This document shows, piece by piece, positions 18,364 through 27,642 of a stretch of 64,000 nucleotides of DNA. The position numbers were made by a program, and so were the translations under genes. Source of the stretch: Nitrospirota bacterium (GTDB lineage Bacteria > Nitrospirota > Thermodesulfovibrionia > Thermodesulfovibrionales > Dissulfurispiraceae); the NCBI GenBank assembly GCA_963790025.1, contig CAWBMP010000002.1, positions 256,001 through 320,000 of the forward strand. The letters run 5' to 3'. The notes beneath the pieces were generated by a model. That model saw only the letters and a program-made list of their open reading frames with translations. It was not told the origin of the DNA and searched no databases. The first letter of the stretch is position 1, and each line of letters starts with the position of its first letter.

Positions 18364-19259
18364 TATAGATTAAACCTCTCTATGTTCTTGTTTGCAATTT
18401 CCTGAATCTCCGCCACTGTCGCGGTGGGCGCCCCTTTCTTAAAGAGGTTCTTGAATCTGCCCTGAAGTTTCAGGTACTCCTCGACCGGTTTCTTCAAAGG
18501 CACCTTCTGGACATTGGTCACTTTGCCGTCCCTGATCTCAAAAATCGGGAAAAGGCAGGTTTGCCTCGCCAGCCTGCAAATCTGTATGGTGAGCTCGCCG
18601 GGATGGGCCCAGCCCAATGGACACGGGGCCAGAATATGCAGGTATTTGGGTCCCTGGATCGAGAGGGCCGTCTTTACTTTCCGCTGTACGTCACGGTAAT
18701 CATCCACTGAAGCGGTCGCAACATACGGTATGCCGTGGTCGGCGGCTATCATGGGCATGTTCTTCTTGCCGGTCCTGTTCCCTCCGGGAGTCGTAGTCGT
18801 CTTTGCCCCGAACGGCGTGAAGCTCGACCGCTGCACTCCCGTATTCATGTAAGCCTCGTTGTCGTAGCATACATATAAAATGTTGTGTCCCCTTTCGAAC
18901 ATGCCGCTGATGCTCTGAAATCCTATATCTGCGGTGCTTCCGTCTCCGCCCTGGGCTATTATGTTGATCGGTCCCTTGTTAAGCGACCTGAACGCAGCGT
19001 CGACACCCGAGGCGACTGCGGCAGCATTCTCGAAAAGACTATGCAAAAAAGGAATGCGCCATGCAGGGTCTGGGTATGGCGAACTGAATACCTCCAGACA
19101 GCCGGTGGCCACACATGCAACGGTGTTCTCCCCCGAAGCATCCGCAACAAGGCGGGCCGCCAAGGCCTGCCCGCAGCCGCCGCATGCACGGTGGCCGCTT
19201 GCAAGGAGGTTTTTCTTCTCCACTTTATCAATATCTATATTTTTTTCTTCCTGTATCAT
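18363..19259 (-). CDS. porB: Pyruvate/2-oxoacid:ferredoxin oxidoreductase beta subunit
   Basis: GHRACGGCG, ATGCLEV, TPP motif GGDG...YDNEAYMNTGVQRS, PCPLGW. Confidence 0.93.
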   Translation of the reverse strand: MIQEEKNIDIDKVEKKNLLASGHRACGGCGQALAARLVADASGENTVACVATGCLEVFSSPYPDPAWRIPFLHSLFENAAAVASGVDAAFRSLNKGPINIIAQGGDGSTADIGFQSISGMFERGHNILYVCYDNEAYMNTGVQRSSFTPFGAKTTTTPGGNRTGKKNMPMIAADHGIPYVATASVDDYRDVQRKVKTALSIQGPKYLHILAPCPLGWAHPGELTIQICRLARQTCLFPIFEIRDGKVTNVQKVPLKKPVEEYLKLQGRFKNLFKKGAPTATVAEIQEIANKNIERFNL

Positions 19260-20431
19260 AGGTCTCTCTCCGCGATGATTTCTTTTTTCAGTCCGAGGAA
19301 TCCAAGCTCGACCGGCTCCTTTTCCACTTTTTCCACCATGTATCTAAGGTCGTCCAGCGAGATGTTCCTGCCTCCCAGTCCCGCAATAAAACTGCTTATG
19401 TAACGTTTAGTCTGCTCTGACCTCGGAAAAGACCAACGTATGTCGCTTGCGAGGATCCCGCCTCTGCCCAACGAGACCGCCTTCTCAAGCACAACAATGT
19501 TACTTTTCCCCTTGAGTGCCTCATAAACCGCCTGCCTCGGGAAAGGGCGGAACGAGCAGATCTGAAGGAGTCCCACTTTTTTACCCTCACTTTCCATGAC
19601 ATCGATCAGGTCTTTGATGCTGCCGACCACCGAGCCCATGGCGACGATCACCACATCCGCATTGTCAAGCTTGTAAGTCTTAAACAGGCCGCCGCTCTCT
19701 CTGCCGAATTTCTTTGCAAAGTCGGCGCTCACCTTTTTGATGACTTCTTCGGATTTCTCGAGCGCGCGATGGAGGGTATACCTGACTTCCATATAAAACC
19801 GCGGGTCGGCGAACAATCCGATCCCCCTTGGCCATGCCGGATCCACCGAATATTTCGGCTTGAACGTAGGCAAGAAGTCGTCGATTTCCTTTTGGTCAGG
19901 GACATCAACAGGTTCAAATGCATGAGTAAGTATAAAGCCGTCCATGCAGACCATTACCGGCAGGGAAGTCTGCTCAGCTATTTTAAAAGCCTGGATATGC
20001 AGGTCCGCCGCCTCCTGGTTGTCTTCAGCGTGGAGCTGCAGCCACCCGGCATCCCTTACCGACATCGAATCCTGGTGGTCGTTCCAGATACTCAGCGGAG
20101 CGGATATGGCCCGGTTGGCGCACGTCAGCACGATCGGCAGGCGCATTCCCGCTATGCAGTAAATCACTTCGGTCATAAGGAGCAGACCCTGCGAAGTAGT
20201 CGCCGTATATGTACGGGCACCCGCTGCACTAGCACCGAGAACAACCGATGCGGCGGAGAATTCGCTCTCCACATTGATGAATTCCGTCTTCAGGTGCCCC
20301 TGGTTCACAAGGTCAGCAAGCCTTTCCACTATATGAGTCTGCGGGGTGATCGGGTATGCCGATATAACATTTGGACGGCACAGTGCCACCACATCCGCAA
20401 CAGCATGTGATCCTTCAATTTGTTTAAGCAT
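19256..20431 (-). CDS. porA: Pyruvate/2-oxoacid:ferredoxin oxidoreductase alpha subunit
   Basis: AYPITPQT, VESEFSA, DGFILTH, GLGGR. Confidence 0.93.
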   Translation of the reverse strand: MLKQIEGSHAVADVVALCRPNVISAYPITPQTHIVERLADLVNQGHLKTEFINVESEFSAASVVLGASAAGARTYTATTSQGLLLMTEVIYCIAGMRLPIVLTCANRAISAPLSIWNDHQDSMSVRDAGWLQLHAEDNQEAADLHIQAFKIAEQTSLPVMVCMDGFILTHAFEPVDVPDQKEIDDFLPTFKPKYSVDPAWPRGIGLFADPRFYMEVRYTLHRALEKSEEVIKKVSADFAKKFGRESGGLFKTYKLDNADVVIVAMGSVVGSIKDLIDVMESEGKKVGLLQICSFRPFPRQAVYEALKGKSNIVVLEKAVSLGRGGILASDIRWSFPRSEQTKRYISSFIAGLGGRNISLDDLRYMVEKVEKEPVELGFLGLKKEIIAERDL

Positions 20432-20984
20432 TTAGCTTCCTCTTTTCGATGATTTCGTGCGCCCTTTCGAGGGCAGCGACATTGTTAGCACCGATATTGC
20501 CCGGAAATTTCTCCACAATGGCCCGCTGAACAGCCTCAAGACTTACAATCCCCGTAAGGCTGCAGAAGGCCCCGATCATTATAGCATTGGGAATAGGCCG
20601 TCCAATGATCTCAAGGGCGATCTCTGTTGCAGGTATAGTCTGTACCGTAGCAGTTGTCTTAAGCCTCAACTCCTCGGGAGACTTTTCTGTATTGACAAGA
20701 ATAAAGCCATTCGGCTTCAAACCCTCCAGCACAGGCACTGTGCTCATCAGATTGGAGTCCTGCACGATCAGATAGTCCGGGGTCCGGACCTCCTCCCTCG
20801 ACCTTATCTTTTTGGTGTCAATCCTTACAAACGCCTGCACAGGAGCTCCAACCCGCTCCGCCCCGAAAGCGGGAAAAGCCTGTGCAAACTTACCGTCGTG
20901 GAACGCTGCAACTGCCAGAAGTTCCGCTGCGGCCACATTCCCCTGTCCTCCGCGTCCGTGTATTCTTATTTCAATCATTCCCAT
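20424..20984 (-). CDS. porC: Pyruvate/2-oxoacid:ferredoxin oxidoreductase gamma subunit
   Basis: EIRIHGRGGQG, FGAERVGAPV, GRPIPN. Confidence 0.93.
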   Translation of the reverse strand: MGMIEIRIHGRGGQGNVAAAELLAVAAFHDGKFAQAFPAFGAERVGAPVQAFVRIDTKKIRSREEVRTPDYLIVQDSNLMSTVPVLEGLKPNGFILVNTEKSPEELRLKTTATVQTIPATEIALEIIGRPIPNAIMIGAFCSLTGIVSLEAVQRAIVEKFPGNIGANNVAALERAHEIIEKRKLNA

Positions 20985-21156
20985 CTCCTATACATAAAGA
21001 TTTGACCGATTATCTGAATTCCTAAAGACCATCCAACTCATAAAAGTATAAAATACAACTATAATAAAAAGCCAAGCATAAATGTTATCGGATTTTGTCT
21101 GATAGTGCTTGTCAGGCGATCCAAGGCGTCATCATTATATTATTAAGGATTTAGTA

Positions 21157-21172
21157 AGCAAAGGATGTGCCA
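21157..21172 (-). promoter_or_regulatory. Sigma54 (-24/-12) promoter for the por operon
   Basis: Minus strand TGGCAC-ATCCT-TTGCT matches the consensus, ~170 nt upstream of porC. Confidence 0.8.
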
Positions 21173-21238
21173 GGCACTGGAAAGCATATATTCAATTGTT
21201 TTCAGGTATTTTATAGGCATCGGACCGTTGGGTGAAGA

Positions 21239-21342
21239 TATAACAAAAATTATAGACTGACGGGCTTGAATAATATTATGCTTAATCTGCAAGCAGATAG
21301 GGATGCTATAACAAAAATTATGGATATAACTTTTTTTATAGC
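21239..21342. promoter_or_regulatory. Repeated sites upstream of the sigma54 promoter (candidate enhancer/UAS)
   Basis: TATAACAAAAATTAT at 21239 and 21307, plus an inverted copy ATAACTTTTTTTATAGC at 21326. Confidence 0.6.
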
Positions 21343-21454
21343 AATCTGTCTTTTGATCCCGCCTACAATCACCGCTGAATTATCAGGACCAGAGAATATG
21401 GGTTAAAATTATCAGACAGGTAAAATTTTCCCTATTTCTTGAAAACATCCGATC

Positions 21455-22645
21455 TTATTGCTGGCGTGGTTCGTCTGTTACAGACAGCGATTTGCTGCGT
21501 GCTGCATTTATCTTGTTACCCGCTATCTCCATTATTGTGACAAGGACCAGGATGCACACTACCTGCGACAGAAGAATAACAGCCGACCATGTATCGGCAG
21601 TTCTTAAAAGGAGCGCATTCAGTCCCAGCGAGAACGACAACAGGTATATGAACAGGACACTATTTCTCTTGCTGTGCAGCAAATATTCCATCCTGTGGTG
21701 CAAATGGTCTTTTCCCACATAGTCCAGCCATTCTTTTATGTTGTGCACTTTACCTGTTGTAAACCTGTTCACAGTAACATAGATCATATCGTAGATAAAG
21801 ACTGAAAATATCAGGATAGGGGTTATAAGGGAGGATATAATACTCCTTTCCGACCACACCCCCATGACCGCAATCGAGGAGAGGGTGAACCCAAGGAAAT
21901 TGCTGCCCGAGTCCCCCAGGAATATCTCGGCTGGTTTCCTTGGCCCGAAATTATAGGGGAGGAAGCCTATGCAGGCCCCCATAACTGCAATAGCCAGCCA
22001 GCCAAGAAACGGTTGGTTGGTCTGAAACGCCACCACGCCTATAAAAAATGATGCAAGTATAGATAGCCCTGTTGCAAGGCCGTCCATTCCATCGAAGAAG
22101 TTCATGGAATTTGTCAAACCGATTATCCAGAGGTATGTAATAAGAGAGTTCAGGAATATGCCTAACAACGTCTGCCTGAATATAATGACGGATATACCGT
22201 TCACCAGCAATATAGTGACTGCAAGGAACTGGAACAGCAACCGTGTACTTGCAGACAGTTTCCTAATATCGTCGAGGATGCCTGAAATGAAGACCACGGA
22301 GGCCGCGACAATTATTGCAAGGACCGGGTTCGACATGGTAGCGTTGCTTTTTACAGAAATAATGAAAGCAAGGAATATCCCGATACCACCCATTAAGGGC
22401 ACCGCATTGCTGTGCACTTTTCGCGCATCGGGTAAGTCCAGAATGCGATATTTAAATGCCAGGGACTTGACCACAGAGGTCGCTATAAAGGCGAACGACG
22501 AGGATAAGAGCAGCATGTGGAGCCACCTGATGCCTCCAATGATATGGAACCATGTCCTGACTGGCGGAAGAGCCAAGATCACAAAAGCTACAACGGTGAT
22601 ACAAAGTATCACAGACCTTTTTCTACTATGCCCTGTCATGCTCAA
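21455..22645 (-). CDS. WecA/TagO-like (MraY family) undecaprenyl-phosphate sugar-1-phosphate transferase
   Basis: RKVH..VPLMGG, GILDD, NSMNFFDGMDGL, IFLGDSGS, HLHHR; multiple TM helices. Confidence 0.92.
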   Translation of the reverse strand: MSMTGHSRKRSVILCITVVAFVILALPPVRTWFHIIGGIRWLHMLLLSSSFAFIATSVVKSLAFKYRILDLPDARKVHSNAVPLMGGIGIFLAFIISVKSNATMSNPVLAIIVAASVVFISGILDDIRKLSASTRLLFQFLAVTILLVNGISVIIFRQTLLGIFLNSLITYLWIIGLTNSMNFFDGMDGLATGLSILASFFIGVVAFQTNQPFLGWLAIAVMGACIGFLPYNFGPRKPAEIFLGDSGSNFLGFTLSSIAVMGVWSERSIISSLITPILIFSVFIYDMIYVTVNRFTTGKVHNIKEWLDYVGKDHLHHRMEYLLHSKRNSVLFIYLLSFSLGLNALLLRTADTWSAVILLSQVVCILVLVTIMEIAGNKINAARSKSLSVTDEPRQQ

Positions 22646-23717
22646 ATCCCTTCATGACTATCTTCGTACCCGCTATTATCCTCCCGATCAAGTCTTCGCT
22701 CAGAGAGGGATAGATAGGCAACGATACGGCTTTTTCCCATATATGCTCTGCATGAGGAAGAATACGGTGTCCTGTGATCCTGTGAACAGGCATGAATACC
22801 GGCCTTCTGCACAGGATGCCTTTCCTGTGCATCCCCTGAATAAATCTGTCTGCCGCGTCCGTTTTTATGACAAACCGGAAAAAAATATTCCCCGCAGGAT
22901 CATCTTTTCCGGGAATGGAGAAGGGCAGTCCATCCATACCGCGCATATATTTCTTTGCAATCCATCTCCTTTTTTTTATAAATTCAGGGAGCCTTTTCAA
23001 CTGGCTTATGCCCAGAGCAGCCTGAAAGTCGGTCATCTTGTAATTAAACCTTAAGGTGTTGTCCCCTTTTTGATCATACTCTCTCAGGTCCCTTGCGCGT
23101 CTCAGCAGCTCTTTTGAATTCGAGACGATCATTCCTCCTTCGCCTGTTGTCATGACCTTTGTTGCATAGAAAGAAAATACAGAAATCTCTCCGAACGAGC
23201 CCACCTTCCTGCCTTTATACTCGGCGCCCACCGACAAAGCGCAGTCTTCAATTATCGGGATTGAATATCTTTTTGATAGATCCATAAAGTCGTCCAGATT
23301 CACAGGTTTACCGAAAAGGTGGACAATTATTATCGCCTTGACCCGCCGGCTTTTTGTTTTCAGCTTCAGATACCTTTCGACCCATTCCGCATCTATGTCC
23401 CATCCATCGTTTGCGCAATCTGCCAGGACAGGCCTTGCACCTGTATACCTCACCGCGTTGCAGGGGGCAATACAGGAATAGGATGGTATAATGACACTGT
23501 CACCGCTTCCAACCCCCAGTGCAAGAAGGGCCGCGTGAATAGCGGCTGTGCCGCTGCTTACCGCAACTCCCCCTTTTACCCCGTTGTATTCTGAAAAGGC
23601 ATCTTCAAATTCTTTTACCACACTACCCTGCGCAATCAGGCCGCTTCTGAATACCGAGGAGACTGCTTTAATATCTCTGTATCCAATAGTAGGTCTCGAA
23701 TGGGGTATCATCTTCAT
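22626..23717 (-). CDS. DegT/DnrJ/EryC1/StrS PLP aminotransferase
   Basis: SSGTAA, IIEDCA, SFYATKVMTTGEGG, NYKMTDFQAALG. Confidence 0.93.
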   Translation of the reverse strand: MKMIPHSRPTIGYRDIKAVSSVFRSGLIAQGSVVKEFEDAFSEYNGVKGGVAVSSGTAAIHAALLALGVGSGDSVIIPSYSCIAPCNAVRYTGARPVLADCANDGWDIDAEWVERYLKLKTKSRRVKAIIIVHLFGKPVNLDDFMDLSKRYSIPIIEDCALSVGAEYKGRKVGSFGEISVFSFYATKVMTTGEGGMIVSNSKELLRRARDLREYDQKGDNTLRFNYKMTDFQAALGISQLKRLPEFIKKRRWIAKKYMRGMDGLPFSIPGKDDPAGNIFFRFVIKTDAADRFIQGMHRKGILCRRPVFMPVHRITGHRILPHAEHIWEKAVSLPIYPSLSEDLIGRIIAGTKIVMKGFEHDRA

Positions 23718-24331
23718 ATGCTTATAAAGAGCCTCAGGGGATGAAATCCCTCGGCGTAATTGACCCTGCCCTGGGTCCCCCTGAAATGGCCGGCCGACCT
23801 GGCAATCTCTGAAATGGAGAGCCCCTGCACGTTAGTCTTGTCAACCTGGGAGGAGTGGGCATTCAACGCCTTTAATTTTCTGTTCATGAATTGCGATATG
23901 TCCATAAACACGGTTGGACAAAAATCAATGGATGTCGGCACTTCATAGAATAGGACATTCCGCGAGTTTCTGGTCGCTGAGATTACTGCCTCTGCAAGGG
24001 ACCTGTGGTCCTGATGAGTGTCTCTGGGATAGTTTGTAAATACGAAAGCCGGTTTTATTTTCTTTAAGACAACCTCTATACCGCTGATCAATTCCTGTAT
24101 ATTGTAACCCAGACTGGTGTCCTTGAATCCTCCCCAGAATATCCCGTCCACCTTCATTATTTTTGCGGCTAGCTCCTGCTCCCTTCGCCTGATATCTGCA
24201 TCCCCTCCGAAAGAGCCGTCGGACATTATCATGACGTAAACTTTCGCTCCACTCTGCTTGTATCTCATTATAGCACCCGCACACCCTATCTCTATGTCGT
24301 CAGGATGCGCTCCTATTGCAAGTATATTCAT
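23714..24331 (-). CDS. PIG-L/LmbE-family deacetylase
   Basis: GAHPDDIE, RRRE, DTHQDH, HSSQ. Confidence 0.92.
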   Translation of the reverse strand: MNILAIGAHPDDIEIGCAGAIMRYKQSGAKVYVMIMSDGSFGGDADIRRREQELAAKIMKVDGIFWGGFKDTSLGYNIQELISGIEVVLKKIKPAFVFTNYPRDTHQDHRSLAEAVISATRNSRNVLFYEVPTSIDFCPTVFMDISQFMNRKLKALNAHSSQVDKTNVQGLSISEIARSAGHFRGTQGRVNYAEGFHPLRLFISI

Positions 24332-25017
24332 CTTCCGTTCTCCTTCCTCATAATTTCGATGCTCTCTTCGCCACAGTTGAAAAGCAAATCAACCACCGAC
24401 ATAAAATACTCAAACTTGCCGAATAATTGCGGATAGACAGGATGCTTGAACTCCTGAAACACCACATCTATACCTGCATCCCTGAACATATCCACATTCA
24501 TATACTTTGCTCCATCCCTGCCGGCAAGATAGGTGCCGGAACCGAGTTGTTTACATATGTCTATAAGTCTTCTGTTCGGTTCGTCGCTCAGAGGTCCCAT
24601 CTCGGAAGCGGTCAATATGCTTGTGGTTATCCCCATGGTTTCCTTTAAAAGCTTAACGCAGGCAATGTTAATATGGGACAACAACGGCCATTCCTGCATG
24701 AAAAAATTTCTTAAAATGTCAATATACCTTTCGAAGTAAGGCGCTTTTCCGTAGTTGATTTCCACTGCATGCACCATTTTCTTTCTCCAGTCGGTCCCGT
24801 TATGCACCCCCACCTCGCTGATTTTCTGCCGAAACCTGTAGTTTACAGGCACCGTAATCCACTGCCAGCCGGCTGATGTCTTAATCCTGTTTCTGTTCTG
24901 ATATTCGTTTTTTTTAAACTGCACATTATCCAGAAGCACAAAAATATCGCATCTGTCCATCTTATCAAAATAGCCGAGCCACGGCATAAACTGGGGCTGA
25001 TGTATGGCAACTATCAA
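24328..25017 (-). CDS. WbqC-family protein
   Basis: IHQPQFMPWLGYFDK, QNRNRIK, YPQL..SVVDLLFNCG. Confidence 0.92.
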   Translation of the reverse strand: MIVAIHQPQFMPWLGYFDKMDRCDIFVLLDNVQFKKNEYQNRNRIKTSAGWQWITVPVNYRFRQKISEVGVHNGTDWRKKMVHAVEINYGKAPYFERYIDILRNFFMQEWPLLSHINIACVKLLKETMGITTSILTASEMGPLSDEPNRRLIDICKQLGSGTYLAGRDGAKYMNVDMFRDAGIDVVFQEFKHPVYPQLFGKFEYFMSVVDLLFNCGEESIEIMRKENGR

Positions 25018-25024
25018 TGCTTTC

Positions 25025-26497
25025 TTATGCCCTGCCTTTCATCTCAACAAAAATGGGATTGCTTAACAACCTGCCGCCGATATCTATGCGGTAATATGTC
25101 TTTGCACCCGGCTTTCCCGCTGCTGTAAGATACTTGTCCGTAAGTTCAATGTCAAGACCTTTGTCCAAATAAATCTCTTTTATTATCACGCCTTCCCTTA
25201 TCAAACTCAGCTTTGGATTGCTTTTCTCCTTGTCGGATAAACTGACCTTGATCCTCAGTCTTACCTCGTTGTCCACGATTGCCGTGTCCCCCATCTCTAT
25301 CCATTTATTGTTCCTGTCATCCCATATCTGAAATTCATCAAGGACCGGTTTCGAGTCACCATAAACTGCGTACATTCTCCCTTTGCGCATCGCATCAAGA
25401 ATTTCTGCTTTATTATTTCTGGTAACAAGGAAGATAGTCTGTGTCTCTCCCATCCACGTGCCCTCTTTATAATCAAGCGCACCTATGGCCCACGCAGGGA
25501 TCTTGCGCCGCCCGCTTATATATTGTTTCAGTACGGTATCCCAGATACCGCCGGGTATAGCGGTATATTTCATGCCCGATGCAAGTGCAGCAAAGCCTGT
25601 ATACCCTGTGGTCCGTAAAAGCTCTTCACAACATGGATGAGTATATAACTCTATTGATTGAATTTCCTCTTTCCCTTCTTCATCCGGATGCGCCCAGAAG
25701 ACCATACCTCCTTTCTTATCAACATAATCGATAACGTTCTGGTAAGGCAGCGCGCCACTGTCACCATGATACTGGTCATACAGGGGAGAGAAGAAGGGGA
25801 AATTATTGATTGTCAATATGATGCCTGCCGACAGGACTATTATGCCCGGAGCGAGGAACGGGCGCTTCACTTTTTTGATAACGACGAGATGCAATCTCGC
25901 ATACTCTTCTTTTTTCTTTAATATAAACCACGTACCCAATGGAACCAGAAGGATCGGCCAGATACTGAGAAAAAACCGCATATCGAATTTTAACGGATTG
26001 CGGTAGCCCACTGACGGAAGGCCCTCCAAATCCTCCGGCTTTTCCAGGCCGATTACAAGAAGCTGCTTATGAAAATTTACGAGTTTAAGGTCTTGGTTCA
26101 GGTAGCTTCCCTCCCAGTAATAAAACGGCGCAGACTCGACACCGGCGATAATTGTCATTTCGGCATTTCTCCCTGCGATGTCCTTAATCAGCCCAAGATA
26201 TTTTTCTGCGCCGTATATTTTGATGGACGGTCTCTCTTCAACTTTTCTTATGACCCTCCTCAATGGAAAGAGGCCATATTCAACCCTCTGGTTGTCTTCA
26301 TCAGTGAGCACGGCAACTTTTAATCCTGCCTCTTTGACCTTCCCGACCATTTCCTCGGGAGAAAATACGCCGCCGCTGATAGTAGTGCCGAGATGGACAA
26401 CACCCGGTATTTTCTCCATTGCGAAAGAGACGCCACAGCAGCCTGAAAAAGCGATGAGCAGGAGGATAACAAAATTTAATTTTATAAGTATCTTCAT
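25025..26497 (-). CDS. Exported/membrane PHP-like domain protein
   Basis: Signal peptide, PHP-like strands (GVVHLG, LTDED, AGVE, FWAHP), internal two-TM hairpin. Confidence 0.55.
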   Translation of the reverse strand: MKILIKLNFVILLLIAFSGCCGVSFAMEKIPGVVHLGTTISGGVFSPEEMVGKVKEAGLKVAVLTDEDNQRVEYGLFPLRRVIRKVEERPSIKIYGAEKYLGLIKDIAGRNAEMTIIAGVESAPFYYWEGSYLNQDLKLVNFHKQLLVIGLEKPEDLEGLPSVGYRNPLKFDMRFFLSIWPILLVPLGTWFILKKKEEYARLHLVVIKKVKRPFLAPGIIVLSAGIILTINNFPFFSPLYDQYHGDSGALPYQNVIDYVDKKGGMVFWAHPDEEGKEEIQSIELYTHPCCEELLRTTGYTGFAALASGMKYTAIPGGIWDTVLKQYISGRRKIPAWAIGALDYKEGTWMGETQTIFLVTRNNKAEILDAMRKGRMYAVYGDSKPVLDEFQIWDDRNNKWIEMGDTAIVDNEVRLRIKVSLSDKEKSNPKLSLIREGVIIKEIYLDKGLDIELTDKYLTAAGKPGAKTYYRIDIGGRLLSNPIFVEMKGRA

Positions 26498-27630
26498 CTG
26501 GATAGCAACTCGATGTACAGTTTAATGGTCTTTTCAACCATCAGTCTGTTATCAAAGGCCACTGCCTTCTTTCTGCCATCCCTGCCGAGTCTTTCTGCGA
26601 GGTCCCTGTCCATTAAGACCCTTAAGGACTCCCTTGCTATGGAAACATAATCACCGGACGGCACAAGCAGACCGTTTAATCCATGCGTGATAATCTCCGG
26701 GATACCGCCGACTTCAGAAGCGACTATCGGTTTTGAGCTTGCCATAGCTTCGAGAAGCACTTTCCCGAGACCCTCATTCAGGGGCGTATGTACAAGGAGG
26801 TCTATCGAACCCATTATCGACGGGATATCCTCTCTAAAACCCAAAAAAATTACCTCTTTGTCCAGGCCAAGCAGGCAGACAAGTTCTCCCATTTCCTTTC
26901 TCTGTGAGCCATCGCCGACAATAATATATTTTGCAAGGGGCAATTCCCGTTTCATTAAATGGCACGCCTTAAGAAAATACTCGCAGCCTTTTACAGGCTC
27001 AAGCCTGCCGACCCACCCCACGAGGGGGACATCAGGTCCAATCCCGAGTTCTTTTCGCATAACAGCGCCGCTGTTCGAAAATTTCTCAACATAGATGCCG
27101 CATGGGATAGTGATAATCCTGTCTTCCGCTGCTATCCGCTCATTGATATATTCCCTTCTTTCAATGTCCGTAAGGGTTATCACCCTGTCGCAGAACCTCG
27201 CGGCAATCCGCTCGAGAAGCACAAATATCCTGCTTATCACGCCGCCGTAATAGCCGTAAAATATGTGTCCATGAGGAGTATGGACAATTGCTTTGATCAT
27301 GGCAGTCCGGCCGGCTATCCTTCCGATAAAGCCTGCCTTTGAGGTGTGCGTATGGATAACATCCGGGTTTATCCTCTTAATGAGGGTTAAAATTCTGAAA
27401 AATGCAAGGATATCCCGGAAGGGGTATATGTTTCTTCTCAGGGACGGGATGTAATTAACAGGAATGCCCGTCGCCTCTGAGAAGGCATCCATATCTGCCT
27501 GCGGCTCAACCGTCGGACCTGTAGCAATGGAGACATCGTGCCCCAGCTTTTTAAGCTCCGCAACAAGATTAAGAAAGACCTCTGCCGAACCGCCCCTGTC
27601 AAGACGCGTTATGATATGAAGGATTTGCAT
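26494..27630 (-). CDS. Glycosyltransferase family 4
   Basis: HIITRLDRGG, HTHTSKAG, EGLGKVLLEAMA. Confidence 0.92.
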   Translation of the reverse strand: MQILHIITRLDRGGSAEVFLNLVAELKKLGHDVSIATGPTVEPQADMDAFSEATGIPVNYIPSLRRNIYPFRDILAFFRILTLIKRINPDVIHTHTSKAGFIGRIAGRTAMIKAIVHTPHGHIFYGYYGGVISRIFVLLERIAARFCDRVITLTDIERREYINERIAAEDRIITIPCGIYVEKFSNSGAVMRKELGIGPDVPLVGWVGRLEPVKGCEYFLKACHLMKRELPLAKYIIVGDGSQRKEMGELVCLLGLDKEVIFLGFREDIPSIMGSIDLLVHTPLNEGLGKVLLEAMASSKPIVASEVGGIPEIITHGLNGLLVPSGDYVSIARESLRVLMDRDLAERLGRDGRKKAVAFDNRLMVEKTIKLYIELLSR

Positions 27631-27642
27631 CGGTAATTTTCA

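Noticed and set aside
22104..23054. Long antisense ORF (316 aa), and likewise 55562..56518
   Set aside because: Shadow frames fully overlapping well-supported genes, with no recognisable motifs.
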